Shown here piece after piece: positions 63,579 through 64,000 of a DNA stretch of 64,000 nt. The position numbers were made by a program, and so were the translations under genes. How positions within the stretch are numbered: the first letter of the stretch is position 1; each line of letters starts with the position of its first letter. The notes below the pieces were generated by a model, which worked only from the letters and a program-made list of their open reading frames with translations, did no database searches and was not told the origin of the DNA. The DNA comes from Zygnema circumcarinatum SAG 698-1b (taxonomy: Eukaryota > Plantae > Zygnematophyceae): positions 1,397,361 to 1,461,360 of the forward strand of contig CM074805.1 of NCBI GenBank assembly GCA_037447605.1, given 5' to 3'.

Positions 63579-64000
63579 ATGGTGCAGGGCGATCGCAATT
63601 TGGCAGAAGAGCATGAGCTGTTGTTGAGTGCGTCGGCAGACCCCGACATCACAGAATTAGAAGAAGCGGATGCGCCTTTTCATGTCGTGTCGGGAATTGT
63701 GCAGGCATCTCCTCCCACCGTGACGTCAGCACCAGCAGCTGTAGTGATCAGTAATGCCTCCTCATATCATCCAGTGGGAAACTCGTCCAAGAGCCTAGCA
63801 GAGGGCTCTAGTGACGTCGAAGCATCGACGTCAGAAGAGAGGCCACAAACAGTTTTTGTAGGCGATGTTCATGTAGGAAGCAGTCTCGACGGTAGTGCTG
63901 TGGCAGAAGGTGGTAACTTTAGAATCCCAAGTAGCACTCAGTCAAACCGAGAAGCGTCATCGCCACGAAGTGATGATGGCCGAGGAGAGTGTCGCATATG
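63579..64000 (+). CDS. 5' part of a probable RING-CH (RINGv/MARCH-type) E3 ligase, truncated by the window end
   Basis: ATG at 63579 opens a stop-free frame of 140 codons (acidic/Ser-rich, MVQGDRNLAEEHELLL...) ending at the window edge in GECRI(C), the usual opening of RING-CH domains. It is absent from the ORF track because there is no stop. Confidence 0.6.
   Translation, partial: MVQGDRNLAEEHELLLSASADPDITELEEADAPFHVVSGIVQASPPTVTSAPAAVVISNASSYHPVGNSSKSLAEGSSDVEASTSEERPQTVFVGDVHVGSSLDGSAVAEGGNFRIPSSTQSNREASSPRSDDGRGECRI

Noticed and set aside
63168-63652. Minus-strand 148-aa and 60-aa ORFs
   Set aside because: Antisense to the leader and first coding exon of the plus-strand RING-CH gene.

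Overview
Eukaryotic, intron-rich, gene-dense nuclear DNA from the green-plant lineage. A streptophyte alga or early-diverging plant is the best guess, from the gene families present, an animal/bacterial-type Kir channel and G-rich 3' splice sites; the species cannot be fixed from sequence. I reconstructed 10 apparently complete spliced genes by hand using GT-AG sites, exon phase and family motifs: RbcX Rubisco chaperone (+), RS-domain cyclophilin (-), RBM22/Cwc2-type CCCH-RRM splicing factor (+), an orphan 4-TM protein (+), a large J-domain protein (+), CDC73 (-), a giant acidic repeat-rich type I membrane protein with a frame break (+), a membrane-anchored RCC1 propeller (+), a plant PAXX-like NHEJ factor (+) and a Kir-type channel with a TTFGG filter (+). 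There are also two genes cut by the window edges (one a probable RING-CH E3 ligase) and two short leader ORFs. Non-coding structure includes a ~960 bp foldback element, a CAGT-ended MITE-like hairpin, a perfect 19-bp stem-loop, several micro/minisatellites, telomere-like motifs and a shared 598-bp promoter between two spliceosomal genes. No rRNA, tRNA, CRISPR or intact transposase gene was seen. Family assignments come from motif recognition, not database searches. Most long ORFs in the supplied track are antisense or low-complexity artefacts.
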